From: Mobula hypostoma
Lineage: Eukaryota
DNA: 64,000 nucleotides
Direction: 5' to 3'
Assembly: GCF_963921235.1 (NCBI RefSeq)
Contig: NC_086097.1
Coordinates: 156,180,001-156,244,000, forward strand
Shown: positions 22,415 to 35,831 of the stretch, piece by piece
Position numbering within the stretch: the first letter of the stretch is position 1
How the letters are laid out: each line of letters opens with the position of its first letter
Translations under genes and position numbers: made by a program
The notes under the pieces: model-generated
Databases searched by the model: none
Told to the model about the DNA's origin: nothing
Seen by the model: the letters and a program-made list of their open reading frames with translations, nothing else

Positions 22415-25414
22415 TATTTAGCGTGGATTTCTTGTTAAAATGAAGTAACGCTGTTTCTGTTTACAAATTTGAACGATCCCATCTGAAAACCTGCGCATGC
22501 ACATAGAGTATCTAATACATATTAATAAGGTAGTCTGCCTTCCCATTGTCCGTATATACCAGTGTTTGGTTTGGAACAAAACGGAACCTGGGGCCAGTGT
22601 AACAAGACGCCATGCATGTCTATCAGTGTGGTTGCATGAAACACTCAGAATAAGGAAAAATCGCTCACGGGCCGGATAAACATAGTATCCCAATATTTGC
22701 TCGCTGGCCGGTCAAAATACCTTCGCGGACCGGATTTGGCCCACGGGCCGTAGGTTGCCTACCCCTGCTGTAGAAGCTACGAGGGTCTGAATCACCACCT
22801 GTTGATTCCATTAGAGTGATTTTTGGGTTTAGGACCTATACATTTAGCAATTGACTTTGGCTACCAGTCTTCATATCTGAAAAAGAATTGTGCATTCAAT
22901 TCAGAGTGGAGCTCTGAACAAAGGGTTCCTAAAAGCTGTGAATCCCAGTCCAGACAACGCTGATTAAAGTTCACTTGGATGTCTGTGATGTGGCTATGAA
23001 TCAGGAAGTGTGAAGATTGTATGTAGTTTCAAAGAAAGCACTGTCTATAAATTGTAAATATGGAGTTGACCGTTGATGTTTGGCACATAATATATCGAAC
23101 CCTTCTTTGGGCCAGCAGGCCACCAGAAGTGTCCCCATATGATACCTGCTGTACCTTGTTTTGTCGAATAAAGAAGCTGCTTTGTATCTACCAGTAATTT
23201 TCTCCTGTGACTTCATTCACTCGACAACAATTCTACTTCTTTTACTCATATAATCCAATATAATACACACCATTAATTAGAAGTCTAGTGCCGTATGGTT
23301 AGAGCTTACCATATTACTAGTACAGTCCAGGGTCCACACAAAATACATTGCATGTGACACCTATGCACAAAATAACCATGTGAAATCAAGTTTTATTTTT
23401 AATTCCAATATGGAACAGTCAGGAATATTACAATAATAATAGAATTGAAGCTTAGTTTATTCTGAGGTGGATATATAAAGTCATTTAATAAGAGGAGAAC
23501 TATTTTCCGAGATTGAAGGCCAATATTTATGCTTCAAATTGTACACAAAATAAATGTACTTCAGGAATGTCCTGAATGTGAAATGATTATGTTTTGAAAC
23601 ATAATCTTTAGTGTGTATAATTCAACTTGATTACAGAAATACAGCAACTTTAAACTATTCAAGGCATTCAATGACATGACGTGCTTTTCACATAGCTGAT
23701 AGTGGAGAGGTACAATGCTGATAGACTTGTACATTAACAACGCTTCTGCACCTCACTTGAAGTTGCTAAAAAAAACTGGTAGAAAATAAAACAATCTGAT
23801 ATTTGTACTAATGCTGTGCCATTATTTTGATAGAATAATCTGCATCTTTACCCCTTTCACTACTCTGATTCAGCTTAGACCAGTTATCACAGTCCAGAAA
23901 CAGGTCTAATGTCCCTCCTGGTTTACTTTCTCTTTTGCTGCACCTGCTCCATATACCTGTGTTTTACTACAATTAGAAACAAAAAAGCCTGCCACAAAAA
24001 TTTTACGTAGAATTGTATAAAGCAGTACAAAACAGTCTGTAGAAAAACAAAAGCTGTTTTCTCAACTATGTTCAGCTGTTTAAATTATATTTTCAGGTAT
24101 AATATTGAACTGGGAGCAACAGAAGTCACAGTATCTATGCAACATATTTGGCTTCTCTCTGAGTGAATCAAGAGATTGTAACAACGGGGTGCAATGTAAT
24201 TTGCTCTCAATTGGCGGATACCTGAGAAGTAATAAGTTACTTCCTTACTTTTACTGCATGACAGCAACAAGAATTCTTTTGTACCATATGCCTGTGGTGG
24301 GAGGTTATTCAATTACTCAGTAGCAAGCCTTTATCACTCAGCAGACTGCTTCCACTGAAGTAGTTAACGTAGCCACTGAGCATCTATTTGATGATCACGA
24401 CTCGTGTTCTCCTCTGAATGGAAGCCAAGGTCATTGGCTCAGCAGAGCATTCAGTCTTCTGTGGCAGATGGTGGCTGTATCAGTGAACAGAACTATATAC
24501 TGCATCTAGTGATACTAAATGACAGATGTGCATCAAAGTGTGCTTCTTCTAAACGAATCAAAGATGGTAAAAGAAAACTTTTGTCACAAACAATGACACT
24601 TATTTTCTGCAAGACATGAAAATCATGTTTAATATGGCTCAAGTAAAGTTGCTTAAATTATTGTTCTGAATTTTCTTGTGAATCCAGATTAGATTTTCCT
24701 GATCACTGCATCCCACGTAATCAAGTATTCCCAATTAATCTGCCTTGTGAGACATTGTTAAAGGTCTTGCTAAAGTCTCTGTATACAACATCCACCACCT
24801 TGCCCACATCAATCGTTTGCCACCTCTTACAAATGCTAAATAAATCAATTACAGTATACATGTATTGAATAGATTAAAAATGCTATGTGATTTCTCCTTC
24901 AGAAAGCCATGATGTCCATTTTAATCAGACCTTGCCCTTTGAAATACTAGCAGATCCACTCTCTCAGAACCCACTCCAGTAAATTTCCCATCGCTGATTG
25001 TCAGCTTGTTTATGCTTGAAGCCTTTTCAAAATAAAGACACAACAAGCAATATCTGATTGATCTCACTCTGCTTCAATATTAATTGTACTGATTTTAGTT
25101 CTAGCTCTACAGTGAATATAACAGGTTAAGTTATATATTACTTGTGGAACAAACTAGCAGTCAGTATTCCTTTTCTCTGTGAGTGGGTATGGTTACAAAG
25201 CTTAATGTGCTTGCATCAATGATGTCATCATGACAATCAAAAATCTGAGAGACCTGGGGATTAGGGTCATTTAAGAAGTCTGGCAACTTTAAGTTTTGGG
25301 CATAAAGCATATTTGTAATGTGAGGGCAGTGAATAGTGGCAGCGAATTTGGTGCAGTAGGAAGGCAGAGGGAGAAAAATAATACAACTTGAGTTAGTGAG
25401 GCTCCATCCAGAAG

Positions 25415-26732
25415 CAGAATCAGAATCAGGTTTATTATCACTGATATGCATCATGAAATTTGTTAACTTAGCAACAGCAGTTCAATGCAATACACAATAC
25501 AGAATATAGAAGAAGGAGAAAAAATAATAAAATCATGATAATAATAAATAAATAAAGTGCAGTATACATATGTTGATCAGATGAAAAATTGTGCACAAAA
25601 CAGAAATAATATATACTAAAAAGGTGAGGTAGAGTTCATGGGTTCAATGTCCATTTAGGAATCGGATGGCAGAGAGGAAGAAACTCTTCCTGAATCACTG
25701 AGTGTGTGCCTTCAGGCTTCTGTACCTCCTACCCAAAGGTAACAGTGAGAAAAGGGCATGCCCTGGGTGCTGGAGGTCCCTAGTAATGGACGCTGCCTTT
25801 CTGAGACACCGCTCCTTGAAGATGTCCTGGGTACTTTGTAGGCTAGTACCCAAGATGGAGCGGACAAGATTTATAACCCTCTGCAGCTTCTTTGGGTCCT
25901 GTGCTGTAGTCCCCCCACTCCCATTACAGACAGAGATGCAGCCTGTCAGAATGCTCTCCATGGTACATCTATAGAACTTCTTGAGTGTATTTGTTGACAT
26001 GTCAAATCTCTTCAAACTCCTAATGAAGTATAGTCACTGTCTTGCCTTCTTTATAACTGCATCGATATGTTGGGACCAGGTTAGATCCTCAGAGATCATG
26101 ACACCTAGGAACCTAAGACTGCTCACTCTCTCCACTTCTGATCCCTCTATGAGGATTGGTTCGTGTTACCTCGTCTTACCCTTCCTGAAGTCCACAATCA
26201 GCTCTTTGTCTTATTGACGTTGAGTGCCAGGTTGTTGCTGCGACACCACCCCACTGGTTGGTATATCTCACTCCTGTACGTCCCCTTGTCTCCATCTGAG
26301 ATTCTACCAACAATGGTTGTATCATCTGCAAATTTATAGATGGCATTTGAGCTATACCTAGCCACACAGTCATGGGTAAAGAGAGAGTAGAGCAGTGGGC
26401 TAAGCACACACCCCTGAGGTGCACCAGTGTTGATCGTCAGCAATGAAGAGATGTTATCACCAATCCGCACAGATTGTGGTTTTCTGGTTAGGAAGTCAAG
26501 GATCCAATTGCAGGGGTAGGTACAGAGGCCCAGATTCTGCAACTTCTCAATCAGGACTGTGGGAATGATGGTGTTAAACACTGAGCTATAGTCGATAAAC
26601 AGCATCCTGACGTAGGTGTTTGTGTTGTCCAGGTGATCTAAGGCTGTATGAAGAGCCATTGAGATTGCATCCGCCATTGACCTAATGTGGCGATAAGCAA
26701 ATTACAAGGGGTCCAGGTCCTACCTGAGGCAG
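25415..26732 (-). mobile_element. Rex1/Babar LINE, 5'-truncated
   Basis: ORFs 26198-26677 ([19 protein letters not shown]) and 25695-26015; (ATCAGA)n tail. Confidence 0.92.
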
Positions 26733-27517
26733 TTTACCTGGAAATGTCAAACAATATGTGTTACTAAGAGCATGAGGAAGTAAGTCAGGAGATGTGCCAC
26801 TGATATTAAACATGGAAGTATGCATGAAAGCATAACTCATGAAGTAGTTGCCCAGGCAAATTTGTAAATGATGCAAAGCAAGTCAGATATGGTGATTGAC
26901 ACTTTACACTCTGGGATAAATGCATTTCCCATTACATAGCACGAACATAATCAATAAAGCAGGGTAGAAATTTTATGTCTTCAACTTCAGTTTGGTTCGT
27001 CTGCCTTGAGGCAAAAGATTGTGGGTTCAGTAACCCATGCCAACACTTGAGCATTTATTAAGTAGCTACTCAACTAATGACATGAAACATTCCCTCTTAT
27101 TTTGCAAAGTAAAGTGCATTTTTTCCATTTGCAGTTCTATACTCTGCTCTCTAAAAATAAATTACATAGTATATCATGACTGCTCCATGTACCCTTTCTG
27201 TATATAAAATACTGCTGTATTTGCTCAAGTAACATCAGTAGATTCATCTCAGTGCAACTCATCATGTGCAATGAGATTTCAGAGGTTTCTGTAAAATGTG
27301 ACATGCCACCCAAAAGTTTGACTTTCTCAGCAGCATTCATTATTTTCAAAGGGAACTAATTTAATTCGAAATGCAAAGCTGTCACTGTTCATATTGACAA
27401 TTCTCTTACGAGTAATCATGTCCAGTGGATCTGTACAAAAAGGAAAAGCTGAAGTCGAAGACCTTGCTGTGTGTGTCGAATCTTAGCATGTTCCAGACAT
27501 AGACCAGTGGTGCAGCA

Positions 27518-27855
27518 GACAGCACAGTGGAAAACCTAGTAGAACTGCTACCTCACAGTCCCAGTCACTTGGGTTCAATCCAAACTTCAGATGCTGTAAG
27601 GAATTTGTATGCACTCCCTGCAACAGAGGGGACTTTCTTCTGGTGTGGTGGTTTCCCCATGCTTCCCAAAGATGCATAGATTAGTAGGCTGATTGGCCAC
27701 TGTACATTCTGCCTAATATACATAAGTACATTAGAGTCAGGGTGAACTGGGTGGTAGAGTTAAGGAGAAGATAAAATGTGAAATTGATGCAACTGGTGTA
27801 TGAAGATGTGCACATGTTAAGTGGGCTATAGTATCTCTTTATATGCTGTACAGAT
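27518..27855 (+). mobile_element. Diverged tRNA-derived V-SINE (HE1-like)
   Basis: tRNA-like head with gggttcaatcc B box, then V-domain-like ggtttcccc...cccaaagatgcatagattagtaggctgattggccactgta. Confidence 0.7.
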
Positions 27856-28126
27856 CTTATTTGTAGGAACTGTTTCCCTCATGATGAGTTAAGATGTTAA
27901 GATGTCTTCAGAATCTTCCTATTCTAAGCACAGTAAAGAATACTTGACCTATCTACTGTGGCTCATTAGGGCCCTTGTGCATTGTTATCTACACACAATG
28001 CACTTTCTCTGTAACTTTAACATTGTATTCTGCATCCTTTTACAGCATTTCTTTGCCTTTGTGCTATCTCAATGTACTTGGTGCAGAATGGAGTGCAAAA
28101 CAATATTTCCCCCCTGTATTTCAGTA

Positions 28127-28472
28127 ATAGAGTCACAGAGCCATAAAGAAGTACAGCAGAGAAACAGACCCTTCAGCCAAACTAGTCCATGCTGAAACTA
28201 TTTAAATAGCCTGCTCCCATCAACCTGCACGGGAAGCATAGCCTTCCAGACCCCTACTATCCATGTACCTATCCAAACTTCTCTTACAACATTGAGCTGC
28301 CACCACTTGTGCTGGAAGCTCATTCCACACTGTCCCAACCCTCTGAGTGAAGACATTTCCCCTCACGGTCCCCTTAAACCTCACCTTTCACACTTATCCC
28401 ATGATCTCTGGTTGTAGTCCAACCAAACTCAGTGGAAAAGCCTGTTTGCATTTACTATATCTATACCCCCCA
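28127..28472 (-). mobile_element. CR1 3' fragment
   Basis: CR1-type 3' UTR and ORF end; a second very short end of the same type lies at about 28681-28742. Confidence 0.7.
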
Positions 28473-30959
28473 CATAGGATAATAACAAACCATTTACCAA
28501 TATTAATTATATTCTTATGAGATTTAAGGAGGTTCCTTGGCCTATCTGGTCTGTGTGACTTCTCAGCATTCAATGAAACTTGGTACTCAGGGGAATCAGG
28601 AAGTTGAGCTCAAGCAAATTGTCAATAAGTATTGGAAGTCTCTTTCATGGCTATGATTGTGATTTGATCATCTCATGAAGTTAGAGTCATAGCAAAGTAC
28701 AGCACAAAACAGGCCATTCAGCCCATCTAGTCCATGCTAAAGATTTGAAATAAAAGACATTTGGTTGAATACTGCACATGGAAACAAATATTCCTTACAA
28801 GAGTTAAATGAGATACAAATATAATTGGTGATGTTGTGAGGCCTTATCATCCCAGATGTTACAGACACGCTCCGGGAGCAAAACTGTCATTTGTTAGACT
28901 TCATGGTGTCCCAGAGGCCAGCTGAGATACAGCTGGAAGTGGTTGGAGTCCAGATGTCGAAAACTGAATTCACTGTGAAATTGATGCTGCCATCTGCAGG
29001 ATTTTGATTATGATAAAAGGTCACAGAATTTCAGAGCATAAAGCTTTTTGTGAATCTGAATGTATAATGAAAGACTAAGAAATGGGTTACTTGAGAAGAC
29101 ATGGTAATCATAATATTTTTTGATTCATAATCCATTTGAATACATTTCCTATAATGATAAAATTCAATCAGAGCAGGTAAATTTTGATGAATATGCACCT
29201 AACAGAGATTTACTGAGCAGTAGACGAATGGAAACAAAAATAAATATTTGAACTCACATAATGCTGCTCTTGACTGAAGAGTTCGCAAGGTCCTTTATTG
29301 TGTCCATACTGGAAAAATGACAGCCAGCACACAAGTCTCAACCTCCTGGAAACAGTGAAGTAATAAAGATAAAATTTTCTCTTTTAGAAATATGATTGAA
29401 GAGTCAACGTAACAAGTACACTGGAGACAAAATTCTTGCTTGTTATGTTTTTTCTCTTTCAAGTGCATCTGAAAAATCAGCTATCACCTATGTTCAAAGG
29501 CTACACCAACAACACCTCTATGATTCATCAGTATTAGAGTGTATGCTTTAGTTATTTTGTTTCAGTTGGTGGGCTGAGAGCCAGAAACCTTTGATTCAGT
29601 GGTGAAAGAATGTCACCAGCTGATCCCAAGGGAGGTCTGACTTGAATGACTTGAATGGGGGTTGTCAGTCCTCGTGCCTAGTTTAACCTGCGGCAATGTC
29701 ATCAATAGATTTCCAAGCCAGAGGTAAGAAGTCTTAAGAGGTTTTCCCTGTCTTATTGGACTCCAGGGAACAGTTCACTGGTGCATGGAAAGCCAGTAGC
29801 AAGGCAGAAGATGCTGCTGCTGTTTTAAGATATCCCACTGGTGGATGCAGGAACTTCATATGCAAAACATGGATGAGTCTCAGTACAAAATCTACCCTCT
29901 TGAAATCTTAGTGTGCAAGTGCGCTTACGTGTTTTACCTCTCAAACTTCCTCAAGAGAGGTGGTATTTCCCAAATATTCCTTCCTTTGCCAAAATAGTTT
30001 TCAGCAAACTTTTTCAACTGCATTCAAAGCCTCTGTAAGTCACAACTACCCAATCTTATCTTCTTTGTGTTGTCAGTTGAACTTTCACCTCACTTGGCCT
30101 GCTAGTTTGCATTCCAACTCCTTCAGCCTGGCCATACCTATTCTTTGTGTTCCTCATTACTAACGTCGATGTTGTCTGGCAATTCTTTCATCTGCTATGT
30201 TTCCTAAGATTATATATTTGTTGAGTACCTTAGGTGCCTGATTACTTTATATCAACTATTTTTCATTATTAATTCTCGTCATACAAAATTTTGCCTGCCT
30301 ACAATGACTCACATGTCCATTATTTACAGTGCATCCCTTCCTCTACCTATGTTAACGTTAATTAACTTATTTGTTGCTAAACTCTTGTTCCTGAGATTTC
30401 CTTATTTCATGCCTCTTCTATGCCAGTACTCAGCCACTTGCTTCATAATAAGGTTTTCCTGTTCCATTATTTGATTAGTACTGCTCACTTCATGCTCATT
30501 ATTTATTGATGTCTTCTCCATACTGTTCATCAATACTTATTGAATGCTCACCTCTTTCTAATTCTGTAATTATTATATCCATACTTGCTTCACCTAACAC
30601 ACCACTCATTTCTGCTCCACCCATTTCCTATTATTAATTATTTCTTCCCTGAATGCATTTAAGATTCTAAACTGCTAGTCTATCAGATTGGTTTATCCTC
30701 AACATTGGCCATATTTATGAACTGTCATCTATTCTGTCATTTTATTATCCACACTCAATGAATAAGGAACCCGATAATGATGATAAAACAATAATCTTGG
30801 ATTTGTAAGGTGCTTGTATCACCAGTTGAGATGGTACCAGCATACATTGCTCCCTCAGTTGACATCTTCCAGATAGCAAATCTGGGACTGTTTGAGCTTG
30901 TGATTTACAGTTTGGAGATTATTTCAGTGACCCAGCACTTTGCTGTCTCTGAGAAGATT

Positions 30960-31677
30960 CCAGGAAGTGAGCGTGTACTCGGATGGCCTCGATGAAAAGA
31001 ATCTTCGCGATGGGACGCGAGCTGATGTTCGACTCCACTTTGCCATTTAAAGTGTCCATTAATTGCTGATTAAAGCGTGGAGGAAGATTGAGACATTGAA
31101 GCGAACGCGGAAGGTGAGTGAGCGTTTCAGCGACAACCACGTGACTCTGGAGGAGGAGTCTGTGAGTGACCTATGGCTGTGCAGCTCACGGTGGCAAGTG
31201 GGTAGGCCTCTCTGCCTCGTGTAGTGTTGCTCCTTTCCGATGAATGTTGGTGATATTGTAGATCATGCCATAGTTCTGAGTTTATGGATCGGACTGCTGT
31301 GTTTATGGACTGTGGACTTTTTCCAGACTTATGGTTTTTATATTCTGTGTTTTTTTAATCACCTGTCCCTTTCCTGTTTTGTTGTGCAAGGGGAAGGTGT
31401 TTGGGGATTAATATTCTATTAGTGCTTTGTTAGTTTTTTGTGGGGAAAGCGTTGTTTTTGGGGGTTCATATTCCTGTTCCATTTTGTGCAGGGGGTATGG
31501 TTTAGTGGATTTGATGATCAGGATGCCATTCTTTTTTGTGTAGAGGAAGGGTGGGTTTGATGTTTCTCTCTAAATGACTTTCCTGTTCTTTCTTTGTTTT
31601 GTGGCTACCTGGAGAAGACAGATTTCAGAGTTGTATAGGGATACATGTTTTGGTAGTAAGTGAACCTTTGAACCTTA
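30960..31677 (+). mobile_element. Non-autonomous retroposon with Rex-type 3' tail
   Basis: CpG-containing head, GT-rich body, and end gagaagacagatttcagagttgtata...gaacctttgaacc resembling the reverse complement of 56098-56180. Confidence 0.5.
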
Positions 31678-32099
31678 GAAATCTAATCCAAAGTGATCAG
31701 AGCTGATTGAATACTTAAACATATGGTCATTGTAGTTAAAAATGGACAAAAAATAAAAGCCATTCAGGTCAACAATGAAGCAAAAGTTATAGTTGATGTA
31801 TTTGAAATTATAACAAAAGAAGTTGGATTTACCTCAGTCCAAAAGGTTACTAACAAAAAGATGAACTCCACCTTCCCTTCCCTTACACCAGTGCTGTCTG
31901 ACTGAATAGTGCCAGGATTTATGATGTGGGGTGGTGGTTGGGCAAGGCTGAAATCCATCCTTAAGCAAAGACATATAACGTAGTCTGTGTGAAGAAAGGA
32001 TGGATGTAAATATCCTGAAGATGTTTCCATAAATATTAACAAGATAGTTACAGAAACAAAGATTTCAGTGACAATATAAAACTGAAGTTGGAACAAAGA

Positions 32100-32334
32100 G
32101 TATAAGACTTACGAGTAGGAATAAGCCATTTGGCCCATCGAATCTGCTCCACCATTCAATCATGGCTGATCCTCTTTTTTTCCCTCCTCAGCCCTACTCT
32201 CCTCAATCTTTGATGCCATGTCCAGTCAAGAACCTGTCAAGCTCTGCCATAAATACACCCAATGACCTGGTCTCCACAGCTGCCTGTGGTGATAAATTCC
32301 ACAAATTCATCACCCTTTGGTTAAAGAAATTTCA
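32100..32334 (-). mobile_element. CR1 3' end fragment
   Basis: ccatttggcccatcgaatctgctccaccattcaatcatggctgatc matches the reverse complement of the CR1 3' UTR at 43770-43850. Confidence 0.75.
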
Positions 32335-32701
32335 CTTTAGCAAAGAAAGAGAGAAATTGCTGGGTAATTCAAGAACTGACAGAAGCTTATTCAAAATATA
32401 GGGCGGCTTATCATATACAGTATACTAATAATTTAGATGACATACAAATAGCAAACAGCAAGCTTACAAATGAGACCAAAATGGTGGTTAGCGAAGATGG
32501 TTGTTTAGGTCAAATCAGGACTTACATAAACCGGGAAAGTGGGCAAAGGAATGGCAGATGGAATATAACGCAGGTAAATGTGAAGTGATTTTGATTCAGG
32601 AAAGCTAAACAGGGCAGGACTTACACAATAAATGACTGGTTGACATTTTGAGCCAAGACCCTTCATCAGGACAGATGAAGGGTCTCTGCCTGAAACAATG
32701 A

Positions 32702-34308
32702 AAACACGAGAAAATCTACAGATGCTGGAATTTCAAGCAATGCACATAAAAATTGCTGGTGAACGCAGTAGGCCAGGCAGCATCTATAGGAGGAGGTACA
32801 GTTGATGTTTCAGGCCGAGAACCTTTGTCAGGACTAACTGAAAGAAGAAATAATAAGAGATTTGAAAGTGGGAGGGAGAGGGGGAGATCCGAAATGATAG
32901 GAGAAGACTGGAGGGGGAGGGTTAAAGCTAAGATCTGGAAAGTTGATTGGCAAAAGGGATATGAGAGGATCATGGGGCGGGAGGCCAAGAGGGAAAGAAA
33001 GGGAGAGGGGTGAAGCCCAGAGGATGGAAAAGGAGTATAGTGAGAGGGACAGAGGGAGAGAAAAAAAAAATAATAATAAATAAATAACAGATGGGATACA
33101 AAGGGAAGGTGGGGCATTAACAGTAGTTAGAGAAGTCAATGTTCGTGCCATCAGGTTGGAGGCTACCCAGACAGAATATAAGGTGCTGTTCCTCCAACCT
33201 GAGTGTGGCTTCATCTTGACAACAGAGGAGGCCATGGATAGACATATCAGAATGGGAATGAGACGTGGAATTAAAACGTGTGGCCACTGGGAGATCCTGC
33301 TTTCTCTGGCGGACAAAGCATATGTGTTCAGCGAAACGATCTCCCAGTCCGTGTCGGGTCTTGCCAATATATAGAAGGCCACATCGGGAGCACTGGACGC
33401 AGTATATCACCCCAGTTGACTCACAGGTGAAGTGTCGGCTCACCTGGAAGGACTGTCTGGGGCCCTGAATGATGGTGAGGGAGGAAGTGTAAGGGTATGT
33501 GTAGCACTTGTTCCGCTTACAAGGATAAGTGCCAGGAGGGAGATCAGTGGGAAGGGATGGGGGGGGGGAATGAATGGACAAGTAAGTCGCATAGGGAGTG
33601 ATCCCTGTAGAAAGCGGAGGGGGGGGGGAGAGAAAGATGTGCTTAGTGGTGGGATCCTGTTGGAGGTGGCGAAAGTTATGGAGAATCATATGTTGGACGC
33701 AGAGGCTGGTTTGGTGGTAGGTGAGGACAAGGGGAACCCTATTCCTAGTGGGGTGGTGGGAGTATGGGGTGAGAGCAGATGTGCGTGAAATGGGAGCGAT
33801 GTGTTTGAGAGCAGAGTCGATGGTGGAGGAAGGGAATCCCCTTTCTTTAAAAAAGGAGGACATCTCCTTCGTCCTGGAATGAAAAGCCTCATTCTGAGAG
33901 CAGATGCGGCAGAGACAGAAGAATTGTGAGAAGGGGATGGCATTTTTGTAAGAGACAAGGTGAGAAGAGGAATAGTCCAGGTGGCTGTGAGAGTCCATAG
34001 GCTTATAGTAGACATCAGTAGATAAGCTGTCTCCAGAGGTAGAGACAGAAGGATCCAGAAAGGGGAGGGAGGTGTTGGAAATGGACCAGGTAAACTTGAG
34101 GGCAGGGTGAAAGTTGGAGGCAAAGCTAATGAAGTCAATGAGCTCAGCATGCGTGCAGGAAGCAGCGCCAATGTCTTACTCTCTTACTCTCTCTTACTAT
34201 CTCTTCTTTCATTTAGTCCTGATGAAGGGTCTCGGCCCAAAACGTCGACTGTACCTCTCCTGTAGACGCTGCCTGGCCTGCTGCGTTCACCAGCAGTTTT
34301 TATGTGTG
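32702..34308 (-). mobile_element. Penelope-like retroelement, 5'-truncated, with inverted pLTR
   Basis: RT C-terminus plus GIY-YIG ORF; pLTR at about 32702-32860 and inverted partial copy at about 34190-34308; 16-bp flanking direct repeat CTGCCTGAAACAATGA. Confidence 0.9.
33117..33998 (-). pseudogene. Penelope RT thumb/linker and GIY-YIG endonuclease (293 aa remnant)
   Basis: DSHSHLDYSSSH, NAIPFSQF, RVPLVLTYH and GVIYCVQCSRCGLLYIGKTRHGLGDRFAEH motifs. Confidence 0.88.
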
Positions 34309-34719
34309 CTGCCTGAAACAATGACTGTTTATTCCTCTCCATTGTTGCTTCCTGACCTGCAGAGTTCCTCCACCATTTTGTATTATGAGTTTTATAAAAT
34401 CACAGACCTAGATAATGTGGATGGTCATGGTCTCGTTCCCAGTTTAGGGGAATCTAAATCTGGAGGCCATAGGTAAGATGGGAGGGCAAAGGTTTATAGA
34501 GTGCCTGAATGACAACTTCTTCACAGAGAGCGCTGTGGGTACGTGGAATGATTTGTCAAAGGAAGTGGTACAATTACAATGTTTAAAGGATATCAGTCCT
34601 GATGCAGGGTTTTCAGCAGACACAATCTTACAATTCCTTCTCTTGCCCCACAGGTGCTGCTTGACCCATTAAGTTACTCCAGCAAAGCATTGAATGACAC
34701 TTGTTTCAAAAGATGAAGG

Positions 34720-35050
34720 TAAAACCAGATTTACTTTCAAATGCACAAATACACGTATACAGAAATTCAATGAAAAACCTGCAGTGACATTACAGGAACA
34801 AAGCAGCAGGTAAGCAGAATTCACAAGAAGAAACATCAATAAAACATGGATTGCACACATTTTTTACAAGAAAGAATATGATTAGAACAAAAAAAAGTCA
34901 TTTTAGCGCAAGGAACTCAAACTGGTCAGTGTTGGAAAGCTCTAATGATTAGCGATGCGCCATCTGGTTCAAGAACCAAATGACTGAATGGAAGTAGTTG
35001 TTCTTGAACCTAGCGCTGTGGAACTTCAGACTTCTGTACTTCCTGCCTGA
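34720..35050 (-). mobile_element. Rex/Babar 3' end fragment
   Basis: SGRKYRSLKFHSARFKNNYFHSVIWFLN, equivalent to the C-terminus of the 15574 ORF. Confidence 0.7.
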
Positions 35051-35831
35051 TATACACATAACCCACAAAAAACTCAATGGACTTCTATTTCTTACTGTCA
35101 GAACAGATCTGCAAGGTTCCACGAAAGTCTCCAAAGAACAATACATTTACCTTTAAACATAACCGAAAGAGTAGTTCAAGGCAATAAGCACCAAGATTCA
35201 GCAGTCTTTATGTGCATGATAGTGACAAATTCTACCAGTTGTAGCTTACTTCTGTTACAATTTTTCTTAGCCAACTGTTCATTATAAGGAACAGCAAACA
35301 ATATTAATCAGATAAAGAACTTAAAATTGTGCATTTGAGTACTGCATACTCACTCTTTTTTTAAATTTAGAAATGTGAATACTACAGAGAATTACATGTT
35401 GGAGCTAACTTCTGTATTCACTCTGAAGAGAATGTCAGCATTCATTTGCGCAAAATAACGTATAATGAGTTAATCTATCCCAGCGAAGGTTTATTTAGAA
35501 AGCTCTCTGCTTAATCATTGAGTTAATTGAATGTATTAGTGTGTTAATTGGATTAATATTGTTTTGTGAGCTGAACATGGTGTTACATAAGGACATCTGA
35601 TTGACAAGATGAGATATTATTGCTTTCTCTTGTCCCATGAGAGCAAGTCTCCTGTGAGGTAATTCATTAAGGAGCAATAATGCTTAAAGTTATTCAACAG
35701 CTCACTTTCATAACTCCGAGTTTTGATTAAATTGATATTAAATAGAAAAGTATAACAGCTCTCAAGAAATTTTCATCTCATCAATTCAAGATGTAATTAA
35801 ATTACAGTTAATCAGTGAGCTACAAGTTAGA

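Larger units (their letters stand above)
19298..22767. mobile_element. Non-autonomous hAT (Charlie-like) DNA transposon carrying nested inserts
   Basis: TIRs CAGGGGTCGGAAACCT and AGGTTGCCTACCCCTG, subterminal gggccgga motifs, and 8-bp TSD ATGTAGAA/CTGTAGAA (7 of 8 match). Confidence 0.88.

Noticed and set aside
24085..24619. Short ORFs in unique sequence
   Set aside because: Lengths expected by chance; no convincing donor site or homology.
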